Positions 39,630 through 49,017 are shown, counted from the stretch's first letter. The stretch is 64,000 nt of DNA from an uncultured virus (IMG/VR IMGVR_UViG_3300037516_001099) (IMGVR_UViG_3300037516_001099), one strand, 5' to 3'. The notes: generated by a model from the sequence alone, not told the origin. Made by a program: numbers and translations.

Positions 39630-40571
39630 ATGAAAACTGATGAGTATTTGTGGGTCGAAAAATACAGACCACAAAAGATTGATGAATGTGTTCTCCCGGC
39701 GGAACTAAAGAAAACGTTTAATGAAATGGTACAGGGAGGTCAACTCCCTAACCTATTGTTGGCGGGTTCCGCTGGGCTGGGGAAAACTACTGTTGCCCGC
39801 GCGCTATGCGCGGAATTGAACCTTGATTATATACTAATCAATGGCTCTGAAGAGAGTGGCATTGATGTCTTGCGAAATAAGATTAAGCAGTTTGCCTCAA
39901 CGGTGTCGTTGAACGGAGGTTATAAGGTAGTTATTCTTGATGAGGCTGATTATCTTAATCCGCAAAGCACCATGCCTGCACTTCGCGGGTTTATTGAAGA
40001 GTTTAGCAATAATTGTAGATTTATCTTAACGTGTAACTTTAAAAACAAGATTATTGAACCACTGCATAGCAGATGTTCGGTAATTGAGTTTAATACTACA
40101 AAAAAGTCATTGGCATCTCTTGCTGGAGACTTTATGAAGCGCCTGATGTTTATTCTTAAGACTGAAGGTGTCAAATATCATGAACAAACGCTTGCAGAGC
40201 TGATTATTCGCTATGCTCCAGACTGGAGACGTGTGATTAATGAATGTCAACGATACAGCACGAGCGGCGAGATTCCAACTGCAATCTTGGTTGGTATGTC
40301 AGATCAAAGCATTGCTGAATTGGCACGACATCTGAAAAGTAAAGACTTTAAGTCTATGAGATCTTGGGTGGTAAACAACAGCACACTTGATAGCGCAGTT
40401 GTATTTCGTAAGCTATACGATTCGTTATATGACGTTGTTGCTCCATCTTCTATTCCATCCGCAGTTCTTATTCTTGCCGACTATTCTTATAAATCAGGAT
40501 TTATGGCTGACAAGGAGCTGAACATGGTTGCATGTATGACGGAACTAATGGGAAATATTGAATGGGCGTAG
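39630..40571 (+). CDS. gp44: Clamp loader large subunit
   Basis: LWVEKYRP, GLGKTT, ILDEADYL, PLHSRC. Confidence 0.96.
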   Translation: MKTDEYLWVEKYRPQKIDECVLPAELKKTFNEMVQGGQLPNLLLAGSAGLGKTTVARALCAELNLDYILINGSEESGIDVLRNKIKQFASTVSLNGGYKVVILDEADYLNPQSTMPALRGFIEEFSNNCRFILTCNFKNKIIEPLHSRCSVIEFNTTKKSLASLAGDFMKRLMFILKTEGVKYHEQTLAELIIRYAPDWRRVINECQRYSTSGEIPTAILVGMSDQSIAELARHLKSKDFKSMRSWVVNNSTLDSAVVFRKLYDSLYDVVAPSSIPSAVLILADYSYKSGFMADKELNMVACMTELMGNIEWA

Positions 40572-41014
40572 AGCATAAAAAACTTTCGCCATTTGACTTT
40601 ATTAATAGTATTAATGAAGGTCAAAGCGGTAAAAATTTGTTAGAGGTATCTCGTGCTGACAGCAGCGAAGGCCTCGACCATAGCAGTCCTGATAAGCAAT
40701 ATGTTCCATTTATAGTCAATCGTGGTCTGTCTTATTTTAATGATACAGTGTTATTTGCAAATGAGATGAATCAACGCCCATTCTTGCCACATAAGATGCA
40801 ATATGATTTTCTCAAACATTGCATACGTCCACGTAAACGCTTTAGTAAATGGGCAAAAAAGTCAGATGATTCTGAATATATAAAATGTATAATGGATGAA
40901 TACTCATATAGCGCTGAAAAAGCACGAGCAGTATTCCATCTATTTACACAAACACAACTAACACAACTAAAAAACAAGAGAGATGTCGGAGGAAACACAC
41001 GAAAAAGCAATTGA
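40562..41014 (+). CDS. gp62: Clamp loader small subunit
   Basis: YVPFIVNRGLSYF, ANEMN, QYDFL, RKRFSKW. Confidence 0.92.
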   Translation: MGVEHKKLSPFDFINSINEGQSGKNLLEVSRADSSEGLDHSSPDKQYVPFIVNRGLSYFNDTVLFANEMNQRPFLPHKMQYDFLKHCIRPRKRFSKWAKKSDDSEYIKCIMDEYSYSAEKARAVFHLFTQTQLTQLKNKRDVGGNTRKSN

Positions 41015-41207
41015 AGCTGAAGTATTATCAGACACACCAATCGAAAGACTTCAGATTGATCCAGCAAAGTTTATAAAGCGCATGATGGCTGGTGGATTTA
41101 GAATGTCAACCGGGAAGAAAAATTTGTCTCCAAAGCGAGTAGCAAAAATGCGCGCAAAGAATAAGCGTGGACGGCGTGCCAGATCAGTTAATAAAAGTAA
41201 ACGATGA
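40983..41207 (+). CDS. Hypothetical protein with highly basic C-terminus
   Basis: Fills the gap between gp62 and regA. Confidence 0.5.
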   Translation: MSEETHEKAIEAEVLSDTPIERLQIDPAKFIKRMMAGGFRMSTGKKNLSPKRVAKMRAKNKRGRRARSVNKSKR

Positions 41208-41213
41208 CGATAT

Positions 41214-41221
41214 TATAAATA
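41214..41221 (+). promoter_or_regulatory. Late promoter TATAAATA
   Basis: Exact consensus before regA. Confidence 0.7.
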
Positions 41222-41233
41222 TAATATCGCATC

Positions 41234-41671
41234 ATGAATGACAATTTTTCACCTACAGATATTATAAGCTGGTCACCACCTCAAATGCTTGAGGTGTATC
41301 TAAATGACCCGGATGATTTTTTAAAAATTAAAGAGACTCTTTCTCGCATTGGTGTCTCCTCCAAGCGAGAACAAAATGTACTCTTTCAAAGTTGCCATAT
41401 CTTGCACAAACAGGGGCGTTACTTTATTGTACATTTTAAAGAACTCTTTATGTTAGATGGTAAGCCATCAACGTTTACACACGAGGATATGTGTAGGCGT
41501 AATACAATTACTCTTCTTCTTTCTGATTGGGGACTGCTTGAAATTGTCAATCGTGATCAAGCAAAAGACACCACAAGTCTAAAACAAATTAAAATTATCT
41601 CTCATAAAGATAAGTTTAATTGGGACCTTCGCTCAAAATATAGTATTGGTAACGTTAAGAAAAAAGCATGA
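41234..41671 (+). CDS. regA: Translational repressor RegA
   Basis: DDFLKIKETLSRIG, QSCHILHKQGRYFIVHFKELF, RRNTI. Confidence 0.96.
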   Translation: MNDNFSPTDIISWSPPQMLEVYLNDPDDFLKIKETLSRIGVSSKREQNVLFQSCHILHKQGRYFIVHFKELFMLDGKPSTFTHEDMCRRNTITLLLSDWGLLEIVNRDQAKDTTSLKQIKIISHKDKFNWDLRSKYSIGNVKKKA

Positions 41672-42369
41672 AAAGCTTTAACCAATACTCAGTAGACTCT
41701 CTTCAAGAAGAAGCAGACTACTACTCCGCAATAACTATATTTGAGTCTAATAACCTAGACGAAGGAATATTATCCAATCTAACGGCAGGCGTGCGGTCAA
41801 AGTTAGATTTTATTCGAACTTTGGCAAGTGCTGCCAAAGCAGATGTTCAGGAAATTATAACTATGTTTAAAGACTCAAGGGTCTTTAAATTTTTTAGTTC
41901 TATACGGTTCGACTTAAATTCATTGTGGAAATCAGTAAAGGCTGGCTATGCTGCATATGCCCAAGTTCAAAAGGCCATTGCTGAGTATATTGCTAAAAGT
42001 AAGATTGGTCGATGGACAGAAGAAGCCCTTCGAGGCCTCGACAACTGGTTACAAAATCATCCAAAACTAAAGAAAATTGGTGGTTTTGCCGTTGCTGGTA
42101 TGCTAATCTATATTTGGATGAATATGTCATTTACTGGTGACTTTCATTATGACTTTGACTTTTCTGACGTGCTGGCCGCGCTTTCGGGAAATTATTCTCT
42201 ATCAACATTGTTTGCTGGCACTGATGGCACACGACTATTATTGTTATTTACTACTGGAGTAATTGGATTAAGTTTTCCATGGCCTGGACCAACGAGTACT
42301 AAATTTGTCATAGCTCTATTAAATGGTTTAAGAAAACTGATTAATAAGCGTAAAAATGTTGTATTATAA
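41668..42369 (+). CDS. Hypothetical protein, possible internal head protein with hydrophobic C-half
   Basis: N-terminal MKSFNQY...LQE...LDEG, hydrophobic segments. Confidence 0.55.
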   Translation: MKSFNQYSVDSLQEEADYYSAITIFESNNLDEGILSNLTAGVRSKLDFIRTLASAAKADVQEIITMFKDSRVFKFFSSIRFDLNSLWKSVKAGYAAYAQVQKAIAEYIAKSKIGRWTEEALRGLDNWLQNHPKLKKIGGFAVAGMLIYIWMNMSFTGDFHYDFDFSDVLAALSGNYSLSTLFAGTDGTRLLLLFTTGVIGLSFPWPGPTSTKFVIALLNGLRKLINKRKNVVL

Positions 42370-42372
42370 ATA
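42365..42372 (+). promoter_or_regulatory. Late promoter TATAAATA
   Basis: Exact consensus. Confidence 0.7.
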
Positions 42373-42393
42373 ACAATATAGCAATTATCTCAT

Positions 42394-43311
42394 ATGTGTG
42401 TAGTAGCAGTAAAGTACATTAAGAAATTTGGTTGGGTCGGCGCTAAAAATCGCGACAGAAATTACTCGACCTCTATAAAGGTTGTAAACTCAAACCGTGG
42501 CGGCATACAACGCCTCTTTATTGATGATCAAACTACTCGATGGACGGAAGGCGTAAACGAGTATGGGCTGTCAATTATATCTGCTTCTTTTAGTGTAAAG
42601 AGTGACGAAAAAGAAGGTGAAAAAGTATTAGGCAAAAACGCAAAGAAAAAGAAAGCAATTGTCTCTCCCGATGGCCTTGCTATTCGTAATGCTTTAAGAC
42701 TACGGACTCCAAAAGATGCCGCTCAATTTTTAATTGATAAGGAACTTGCTGGAGCAACATTTATTTTTAATCCTGAGACATGTTACCTTCTTGAAGGCGG
42801 ATTTACTATTAAAAAAGCAAACTCTACAAAGGAAAACCCGCGTAAGTATGTTTATAAACTCAAAGAAATTAGTAAAGCAGACGATCATTGCGTTCGCACA
42901 AATCATGGCATTGATATGCCTAATTTGGGTTATAGTAAAAATGCGCAAGATGATCATCTCATTAATGCTCGTAAAAGTTCAGAGACCCGTTGGGAAATTG
43001 TCAATGACTATCTTCGCGATAATACTATAAGTGATCCATATGAGTTTCTTGAGGCAATGTCTCAAAAGCCAAATGATGATAAGTTTATGAATCCTATACG
43101 CACGGGTGATATTAAAAAATCTGACATGGTAACTACAGGTCAGTTGCTCTTGGTCGCGAAGGAGCGTACTCTACACTATCGCCCTATATACTCAGAAGTA
43201 TCATTCGACTATAAGAAATTAAATTCAGAAGAAGCAAAGACTTTCTTCGAGATTATTTCAAGCCGAAAGTTACTTTCTTTTAAGGAATTTGTACTTCCCC
43301 AATATAAATAA
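42394..43311 (+). CDS. Ntn-hydrolase-like protein (N-terminal Cys, NRDE/C45-like)
   Basis: M-C-VV start, KNRDR, EGVNEYGL, RTNHG. Confidence 0.7.
   Translation: MCVVAVKYIKKFGWVGAKNRDRNYSTSIKVVNSNRGGIQRLFIDDQTTRWTEGVNEYGLSIISASFSVKSDEKEGEKVLGKNAKKKKAIVSPDGLAIRNALRLRTPKDAAQFLIDKELAGATFIFNPETCYLLEGGFTIKKANSTKENPRKYVYKLKEISKADDHCVRTNHGIDMPNLGYSKNAQDDHLINARKSSETRWEIVNDYLRDNTISDPYEFLEAMSQKPNDDKFMNPIRTGDIKKSDMVTTGQLLLVAKERTLHYRPIYSEVSFDYKKLNSEEAKTFFEIISSRKLLSFKEFVLPQYK
43303..43310 (+). promoter_or_regulatory. Late promoter TATAAATA for hsp20
   Basis: Exact consensus immediately 5' of the structured leader. Confidence 0.7.
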
Positions 43312-43313
43312 TA

Positions 43314-43396
43314 GTGTTACCACTGTGGTAACACCACAGATGCCAGAATTGGGTCTGTGATAACATATAAAACTCGCTTAATTAGGAGAAACAAAA
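43314..43396 (+). promoter_or_regulatory. Structured 5'UTR with ROSE-like RNA thermometer
   Basis: Three hairpins. The last is CTC-G-CT-TAATT-AGGAG (UCGCU opposite the SD, bulged G). Confidence 0.65.
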
Positions 43397-43801
43397 ATGA
43401 AAATAAGTACAATGTATAGGCCGTTTGGTATTGGGTTCGATCAACTCTTTCAAGAGTTTGATACAGTTCAAAGAGAAAATCTGAATGTTTATCCGCCGCA
43501 TAACGTGGTTAAACTATCGGAAGACCAGTATGTCATTGAATTGGCAGTCGCTGGATTTGATAACTCTGAACTCGACATTGAAACGATAGAAAACTCACTA
43601 GTGATCACTGGTGAAAAGTCGGAAAAAGACGAAAGAGAGTATGCACACCGAGGAATTAGTGCTCGCAAATTCTCTCGTCGTTTCACCCTTGCAGAGCATG
43701 TTGTCGTAAACGACGCTTCTCTGCAAAATGGAATCTTGTCTGTCTCGCTTGAGAGACAAGTTCCAGATGAAAAGAAACCACGCAAAATAACAATAGCATA
43801 A
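43397..43801 (+). CDS. hsp20: Small heat-shock protein (IbpA-like)
   Basis: IGFD, YPPHN, IELAVAGF, HRGISARKFSRRFTLAE, NGIL, PDEKKPRKI. Confidence 0.96.
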   Translation: MKISTMYRPFGIGFDQLFQEFDTVQRENLNVYPPHNVVKLSEDQYVIELAVAGFDNSELDIETIENSLVITGEKSEKDEREYAHRGISARKFSRRFTLAEHVVVNDASLQNGILSVSLERQVPDEKKPRKITIA

Positions 43802-43820
43802 ATAAACATACATAAACATC

Positions 43821-43858
43821 AAACCGGCAAAGATTGTTGTTTACATCTTTGCCGGTTT
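43821..43858 (+). terminator. 14-bp inverted repeat after hsp20, overlapping the gp43 promoter
   Basis: AAACCGGCAAAGAT-N10-ATCTTTGCCGGTTT. Confidence 0.65.
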
Positions 43859-43868
43859 ATGGTATAAT
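43840..43868 (+). promoter_or_regulatory. Early promoter for gp43
   Basis: TTTACA-N17-TATAAT with extended TG. Confidence 0.75.
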
Positions 43869-43876
43869 AATCTTAC

Positions 43877-46438
43877 ATGATTAACGGATTCTATACTTGC
43901 ATTGAACGAAAAATGAATACTCTCCTATATCGAGGGTATGACGAAGACGGGCAAAAGATCTATACCACATATCGATTTCGGCCAGTCATGTATCTTGAAA
44001 GTAAGGATGCAAACGCCAAATGGCGTTCTCTTGACGGCCTGCCACTTGAGCCAATGCGGTTTGACAGCATGTCTGAGTGTCGAGCATTTACTAAAAGTTA
44101 CGAAGGAATAGACAATTTTAAAATTTATGGAAATGATCGTCATATACCTGCTTTTATTCAGGCAGAGTTTCCAAACGAAATTAAGTATAACTCTAAAAAG
44201 ATTGATGTCGTTTCTCTCGATATCGAGTGTAAGTCTGATAATGGCTTTCCAGAACCGTCTATAGCAGACCAAGAAATTACAGCAATTGGTCTTAAGAGTA
44301 GCCGGCTAGATCACTATATTGTTTGGGGATTAAAGGAGTATGACCCTTCACAATCGAGTGTCCCACATCTTAAAAAGCAATTTAGACAATTTGATAGCGA
44401 GGCGGAACTGTTGCTTGACTTTTTGTCTTGGTGGTCTGATACGTTAAATACGCCAGACGTAATTACTGGGTGGAACATTCGTCTGTTTGATATTCCATAT
44501 CTCGTCAATCGCATCTCTCGAGTGCTTGGCCAAGACGACGCGAAAAAGATGTCGCCATGGAACTATGTTGAACAAAAAGCAGTGGTAATTAAGGGTAAAG
44601 AAAACTTTCTTTATAACCTGTATGGCATTCAACAACTAGACTATCTTGACCTCTTTAAAAAGTTCGCAGCAAATACCTATGGTGCTCAAGAGTCTTATCG
44701 TCTTGATTTTATTGCTGAAGTTGTACTTGGACAAAACAAGATTGATTATAGCGAGTATGGCACACTTACTGAATTATATGAACGTGACTATCAAAAATTT
44801 ATTGACTATAATATTGTCGATACTGAACTTATTGAACGTTTAGAAGCAAAACTGGGCCTTATCAACCTTGCTTTTACCCTCGCTTACTTTGGCGGTGTAA
44901 ACTATGCTGACACACTAGGCACTGTCGCAATTTGGGACAGTATTATTTTTCGAAAGCTTGCAAGTCGAAAAATTGCTATTCCGCCAAACTCACGATCGTT
45001 TAAAACAGACTATGCTGGTGGATTTGTTAAAGATCCGCAAATTGGTCGCCACCAATGGGTTATGAGTTTTGACCTTAATAGTCTCTATCCTAATCTTATT
45101 ATTCAGTACAATATGAGTCCTGAAACAATTGTGCCTCATATGAAAGTGGCATCATTGCAGAACGGTGGAGAAGACAAGATTTTAAACTCTGAACAAACAT
45201 GGGCACCAGAAGACAACCTTGCAGTTGCTGCAAATGGCGCATGTTTTCGCCGAGACAAACAAGGCATCCTTCCTGAAATTATTGAAGAACTATACAATCA
45301 ACGCGTTGTAGTAAAGCGACAGATGCTTGACTATGAAAAAGAGGCTGAAGTTACAGATAAAAAATCTGAGCGGTATCGCACCCTTCAAATTGAGATTGAC
45401 CGTTCGAGCAATCGTCAGATGTGTTTAAAAATTCTTCTTAATAGTCTTTATGGTGCGGCGGCAAACCAATATTTCAGATATTTTAACCTTGATATTGCTG
45501 AAGGTATTACGCTGTCTGGTCAACTTGCAATTCATACCGCAGAAAATGCCGTAAATGATTACCTGTCAAAGGCTCTCTCAGATGGCATCGCAAAAGATCG
45601 TATTATCGCGTCTGATACAGATTCTATCTATATCAACCTATCAGATGTCGTAAAAAAATGTAATCCAAAAGATCCTCATGCATTTTTAATTAAGTTTGGC
45701 AAAGAGGCACTTGAACCAGTAATTCAAGCTGCTTATGCAAATATGTCGCGTAAGACAAACTCATATAAAAATACTATGGTTATGAAGGTTGAAAAGATTA
45801 GCAGCGTTGCAATCTTTACTGCTAAAAAACGATATATTCTTAATGTGCTTAGCAGTGAAGGTGTACAATACTCTGAACCGAAGATTGTTATGAAAGGCAT
45901 TGAGGCAATCAAAAGTAGTACGCCAAAAATTTGTCGCGAAGAGTTTAAAAAGATCTTTAAGATTTTAGTTACTGGTTCAGAGTCTGACATTCAGACTGAA
46001 GTTTCAGAGTTTCGTGAAGTGTTTGATCGTTATCCTATTGAAAAGATGGCCTTTCCTAGAGGAGTGTCTGATATTAATAAATGGATGCAAAAAGTTGGCA
46101 CGAATGGATCAAAGGTTCCATACAAGAGCAGAACTCCAATTAATAGTCGTGCATCGATTATGTATAACATGCTACTAAAACAACTCGGGTTAACCCAACA
46201 ATATCATCTCATTAAGGGCGGTGACAAGATAAAATACATCTATCTTAAAAGGGGTAATCCCACTGGTGAAAATGTAATTGGGTTTATTGATATACTTCCT
46301 CCCGAGTTTGAACTTGAAGGCTGGGTTGACCGTGACTTGCTTTTCGAAAAAACGTTTTCTGACCCATTGCAGCTTGTGCTTGATGCCGTTCGCTGGAAAG
46401 CAATTCCAGTCGCAAGTCTTGAAGATTTTTTCGGATAA
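43877..46438 (+). CDS. gp43: Family B DNA polymerase
   Basis: DIE exonuclease motif, SFDLNSLYP, KILLNSLYGA, DTDS, KKRY. Uninterrupted. Confidence 0.98.
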   Translation: MINGFYTCIERKMNTLLYRGYDEDGQKIYTTYRFRPVMYLESKDANAKWRSLDGLPLEPMRFDSMSECRAFTKSYEGIDNFKIYGNDRHIPAFIQAEFPNEIKYNSKKIDVVSLDIECKSDNGFPEPSIADQEITAIGLKSSRLDHYIVWGLKEYDPSQSSVPHLKKQFRQFDSEAELLLDFLSWWSDTLNTPDVITGWNIRLFDIPYLVNRISRVLGQDDAKKMSPWNYVEQKAVVIKGKENFLYNLYGIQQLDYLDLFKKFAANTYGAQESYRLDFIAEVVLGQNKIDYSEYGTLTELYERDYQKFIDYNIVDTELIERLEAKLGLINLAFTLAYFGGVNYADTLGTVAIWDSIIFRKLASRKIAIPPNSRSFKTDYAGGFVKDPQIGRHQWVMSFDLNSLYPNLIIQYNMSPETIVPHMKVASLQNGGEDKILNSEQTWAPEDNLAVAANGACFRRDKQGILPEIIEELYNQRVVVKRQMLDYEKEAEVTDKKSERYRTLQIEIDRSSNRQMCLKILLNSLYGAAANQYFRYFNLDIAEGITLSGQLAIHTAENAVNDYLSKALSDGIAKDRIIASDTDSIYINLSDVVKKCNPKDPHAFLIKFGKEALEPVIQAAYANMSRKTNSYKNTMVMKVEKISSVAIFTAKKRYILNVLSSEGVQYSEPKIVMKGIEAIKSSTPKICREEFKKIFKILVTGSESDIQTEVSEFREVFDRYPIEKMAFPRGVSDINKWMQKVGTNGSKVPYKSRTPINSRASIMYNMLLKQLGLTQQYHLIKGGDKIKYIYLKRGNPTGENVIGFIDILPPEFELEGWVDRDLLFEKTFSDPLQLVLDAVRWKAIPVASLEDFFG

Positions 46439-46476
46439 ATTATAATACAAACAACAACAACTATATAATTAATAAT

Positions 46477-46887
46477 ATGAGCTCAAACTGGGTAAAAGAC
46501 ATCTATAATATGCATGCAAAGTATGGAGTGCACGGCGCACTTGAAAATTTTGATAATCACAAACTTCGACAGTTTTTAGAGTTTCGTTTAAGTTTTCTTG
46601 ATGAAGAACTAAACGAGACAAAGGCAGCGGCCAGAAAAGAAAGGGTTGACGCTGAAGAAGTTGTTGATGGGTTGATTGATCTTTGTGTCGTCGCTATTGG
46701 AACTCTTGACGCATTTGGCGTAAATGCATATGCGGCATGGGAGGCAGTACACACTGCAAATATGAGCAAAGAAGTGGGAGTAAAGGAGTCTCGTCCAAAT
46801 CCATTGGGACTTCCGGATTTGATCAAGCCGCCAAATTGGGTTGCACCTTCTCATGTAGGCAATCATGGCAAACTAGAAGGGCTATAA
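46477..46887 (+). CDS. MazG-like (all-alpha) NTP pyrophosphohydrolase
   Basis: EELNE...EEVVDGLIDL, VHTANMSK, DLIKP. Confidence 0.8.
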   Translation: MSSNWVKDIYNMHAKYGVHGALENFDNHKLRQFLEFRLSFLDEELNETKAAARKERVDAEEVVDGLIDLCVVAIGTLDAFGVNAYAAWEAVHTANMSKEVGVKESRPNPLGLPDLIKPPNWVAPSHVGNHGKLEGL

Positions 46888-46892
46888 AAACG

Positions 46893-46921
46893 TGTACAAT
46901 AGAGCCTGAATATATTATAAT
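46893..46921 (+). promoter_or_regulatory. Early promoter
   Basis: TGTACA-N17-TATAAT. Confidence 0.7.
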
Positions 46922-46929
46922 ATTCCAGT

Positions 46930-47871
46930 ATGCAATACAGTCTTACAATATTTACTTCGATATTTGATAATAAAACTCATCGCAGAATGACCTTTGATAC
47001 AGTTGAGGGGTTTGAAAAATTATTGTATAAACTTAGCGAACAGCCAGGCTATAAACCAAAAAAGGGAGAGTATCGTCTGGGTTCGCCGCTCATCAGCCCT
47101 GCACAATTTAATGAAAATACGACTCGTAAAAATTCAAACGTTGTTTCATGGGGCGGATGGGCAGCTCTTGATGTTGATAGCTATGAAGGTCATTGGATGG
47201 ATGCAGTTTCCATATTTAGAGATGTACGCTATGTATGCTATAGCTCTGCAAGTTCAACTGATGAGTATCCAAAATTTAGAGTAGTTTTTCCACTTACATG
47301 TGAAGTGCCGGCTGAAAGCATACGCCATCTATGGTATGCATTAAATAAAGAATATAATGGACTTGGCGACCCACAAACAAAAGACCTAAGTCGAATGTAT
47401 TATGTTCCAGCAGACTATGCGGGTTCAAAAAAGTTTATTTTCAGCAATCGCGACGCGCCGATGATTAATCCGTATACGCTTATGGCGAAACACCCATATA
47501 TTGCTAAAGAGTCGGCACCAACTTTTATTGATAAATTGCCTGAAAGCATACGTCTTAAAGTGCTGCAACATCGTCGTGATGGCCTCACAAATACGTCATA
47601 CACATGGAAGTCATATCATGATTGTCAATTTGTGAATAAAAATATGGTAGCAGAGTATCGTAACATTCAGCACTCTGGGTGGTACACGCAAATGTACAAA
47701 ATAATGATCAATATTTCGTCAAACGCGATGAAACGGGGCTATCCGATCACCCCACACGAAGTGGCGTCCCTTTGCAAAGAGATAGATACCGAGACTGGTG
47801 GATGGTACAAGTCTCGTCCAATGGAGCTGGAAGCCTCACGTGCCATAGAATTTTCCTCCCGGGGACTTTAA
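46930..47871 (+). CDS. AEP/prim-pol-like protein
   Basis: ALDVD acidic motif, YSSASS, PKFRVVFPL, DPQTKDLSRMYYVP, helical C-terminal domain. Confidence 0.65.
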   Translation: MQYSLTIFTSIFDNKTHRRMTFDTVEGFEKLLYKLSEQPGYKPKKGEYRLGSPLISPAQFNENTTRKNSNVVSWGGWAALDVDSYEGHWMDAVSIFRDVRYVCYSSASSTDEYPKFRVVFPLTCEVPAESIRHLWYALNKEYNGLGDPQTKDLSRMYYVPADYAGSKKFIFSNRDAPMINPYTLMAKHPYIAKESAPTFIDKLPESIRLKVLQHRRDGLTNTSYTWKSYHDCQFVNKNMVAEYRNIQHSGWYTQMYKIMINISSNAMKRGYPITPHEVASLCKEIDTETGGWYKSRPMELEASRAIEFSSRGL

Positions 47872-47937
47872 ATTGTAAATTTTTCTCTATACCGGGCATA
47901 CGTCCGGGGCTTATTTTCACTTTCTTGAAAATAGTTG

Positions 47938-47966
47938 TGTACATTTGTCTGGTTTCATGCTATAAT
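47938..47966 (+). promoter_or_regulatory. Strong early promoter
   Basis: TGTACA-N17-TATAAT-N6-GTAAGC with extended TG. Confidence 0.8.
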
Positions 47967-47989
47967 GACTATGTAAGCCAACCAACCAT

Positions 47990-48193
47990 ATGACACCAAG
48001 CACCAAAACGCAACTCGAAGCCCGTAAGTCACTCATCGCCAAAATCGCTCAGCGCCACGCTGCAGAAGATCAAATGCTAAAGTCATTCGCGGTTGAAAAA
48101 AATACCGATGTCGCCAACGACTATGATGCCCTCGTACAAGACGAGTATGCTCAAGTTCGTAAGGCTTCAACCTTCAACCCAATTTCTCTCTGA
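47990..48193 (+). CDS. Hypothetical early protein
   Basis: First ORF after the promoter. Confidence 0.7.
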   Translation: MTPSTKTQLEARKSLIAKIAQRHAAEDQMLKSFAVEKNTDVANDYDALVQDEYAQVRKASTFNPISL

Positions 48194-48225
48194 TCCTAAA
48201 TATAGAACTCCTCTATAATAAAAGT

Positions 48226-48369
48226 ATGACTACCACCACACAACCTACCTTTGCAATTTTCAATGGACAATCTGTCCTTATTCTCGAGATTGAATCTACC
48301 ACTGCGTGGATTTCCTTTAATGATGGAGAAGAGAGAGAAGTGTCCATGTTCCAACTTGAAATCCTGTAA
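48226..48369 (+). CDS. Hypothetical protein (47 aa, not in ORF track)
   Basis: MTTTTQPTFAIFNGQSVLILE..., tiles the gap. Confidence 0.6.
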   Translation: MTTTTQPTFAIFNGQSVLILEIESTTAWISFNDGEEREVSMFQLEIL

Positions 48370-48385
48370 TAAAAGAAACACTAAG

Positions 48386-48562
48386 ATGCATTGGAAAACT
48401 AAAGAGAAGATCACTCGGCTTATCAATGAGAAGCTTGAAGCATGCCCTCACAATAAAGCGGTATGGGACATGTTGACCGCTGAGGAACGTGAAGTTTACA
48501 ATGAACGCTTCGGCGCACCAGACCGCTCATACCCAATTGATTGGGTTATAAAAACCCGCTAA
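48386..48562 (+). CDS. Hypothetical protein
   Basis: Start reassigned to MHWKTK so the ORFs tile. Confidence 0.6.
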   Translation: MHWKTKEKITRLINEKLEACPHNKAVWDMLTAEEREVYNERFGAPDRSYPIDWVIKTR

Positions 48563-48571
48563 TACTTTTAT

Positions 48572-48832
48572 ATGAATACCACCATACAAATCGCAGACCA
48601 GACCATCGGACTTATTGAAGTCAAACAACCCAATGGGCATTACTTGTCTACAACCGTAATGAAGAAAGGAAAAAAGCTCATTACTGGTACTCCAACCAAT
48701 AATTCCTTTCTTCGTAATGAGTGGGCTGTTAATCTTAATGACTACTTCACATTGGATGAAGCATTGGACGACCTGTATACGTTAGTAAGTAACAGTGCCC
48801 GTGCCAGCAAACGCAACAGCACTTTCCGATAA
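48572..48832 (+). CDS. Hypothetical protein
   Basis: Tiling ORF. Confidence 0.65.
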   Translation: MNTTIQIADQTIGLIEVKQPNGHYLSTTVMKKGKKLITGTPTNNSFLRNEWAVNLNDYFTLDEALDDLYTLVSNSARASKRNSTFR

Positions 48833-48833
48833 T

Positions 48834-49016
48834 ATGAAAAGCGACTATAGAAAATATCGTGAGCGTGAATACGAACTCATTGAAGAAATTGAAAACAATT
48901 TCGCACGCTTGGAAAAGAATCTAAAACAGTTGCGTAATGAAGTTGATTATGCAATTTGTGAAATTGAAGTTGACGACTTTTTAGAACATGGCCCAAGTGG
49001 TGTAGACCCAACGTAA
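48834..49016 (+). CDS. Hypothetical coiled-coil protein
   Basis: TAAtATG junction. Confidence 0.6.
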   Translation: MKSDYRKYREREYELIEEIENNFARLEKNLKQLRNEVDYAICEIEVDDFLEHGPSGVDPT

Positions 49017-49017
49017 T

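Noticed and set aside
17899..46438. Introns, inteins or stop-codon recoding in core genes
   Set aside because: gp17, gp20, gp23, gp46 and gp43 are uninterrupted and of ordinary length in the standard code.
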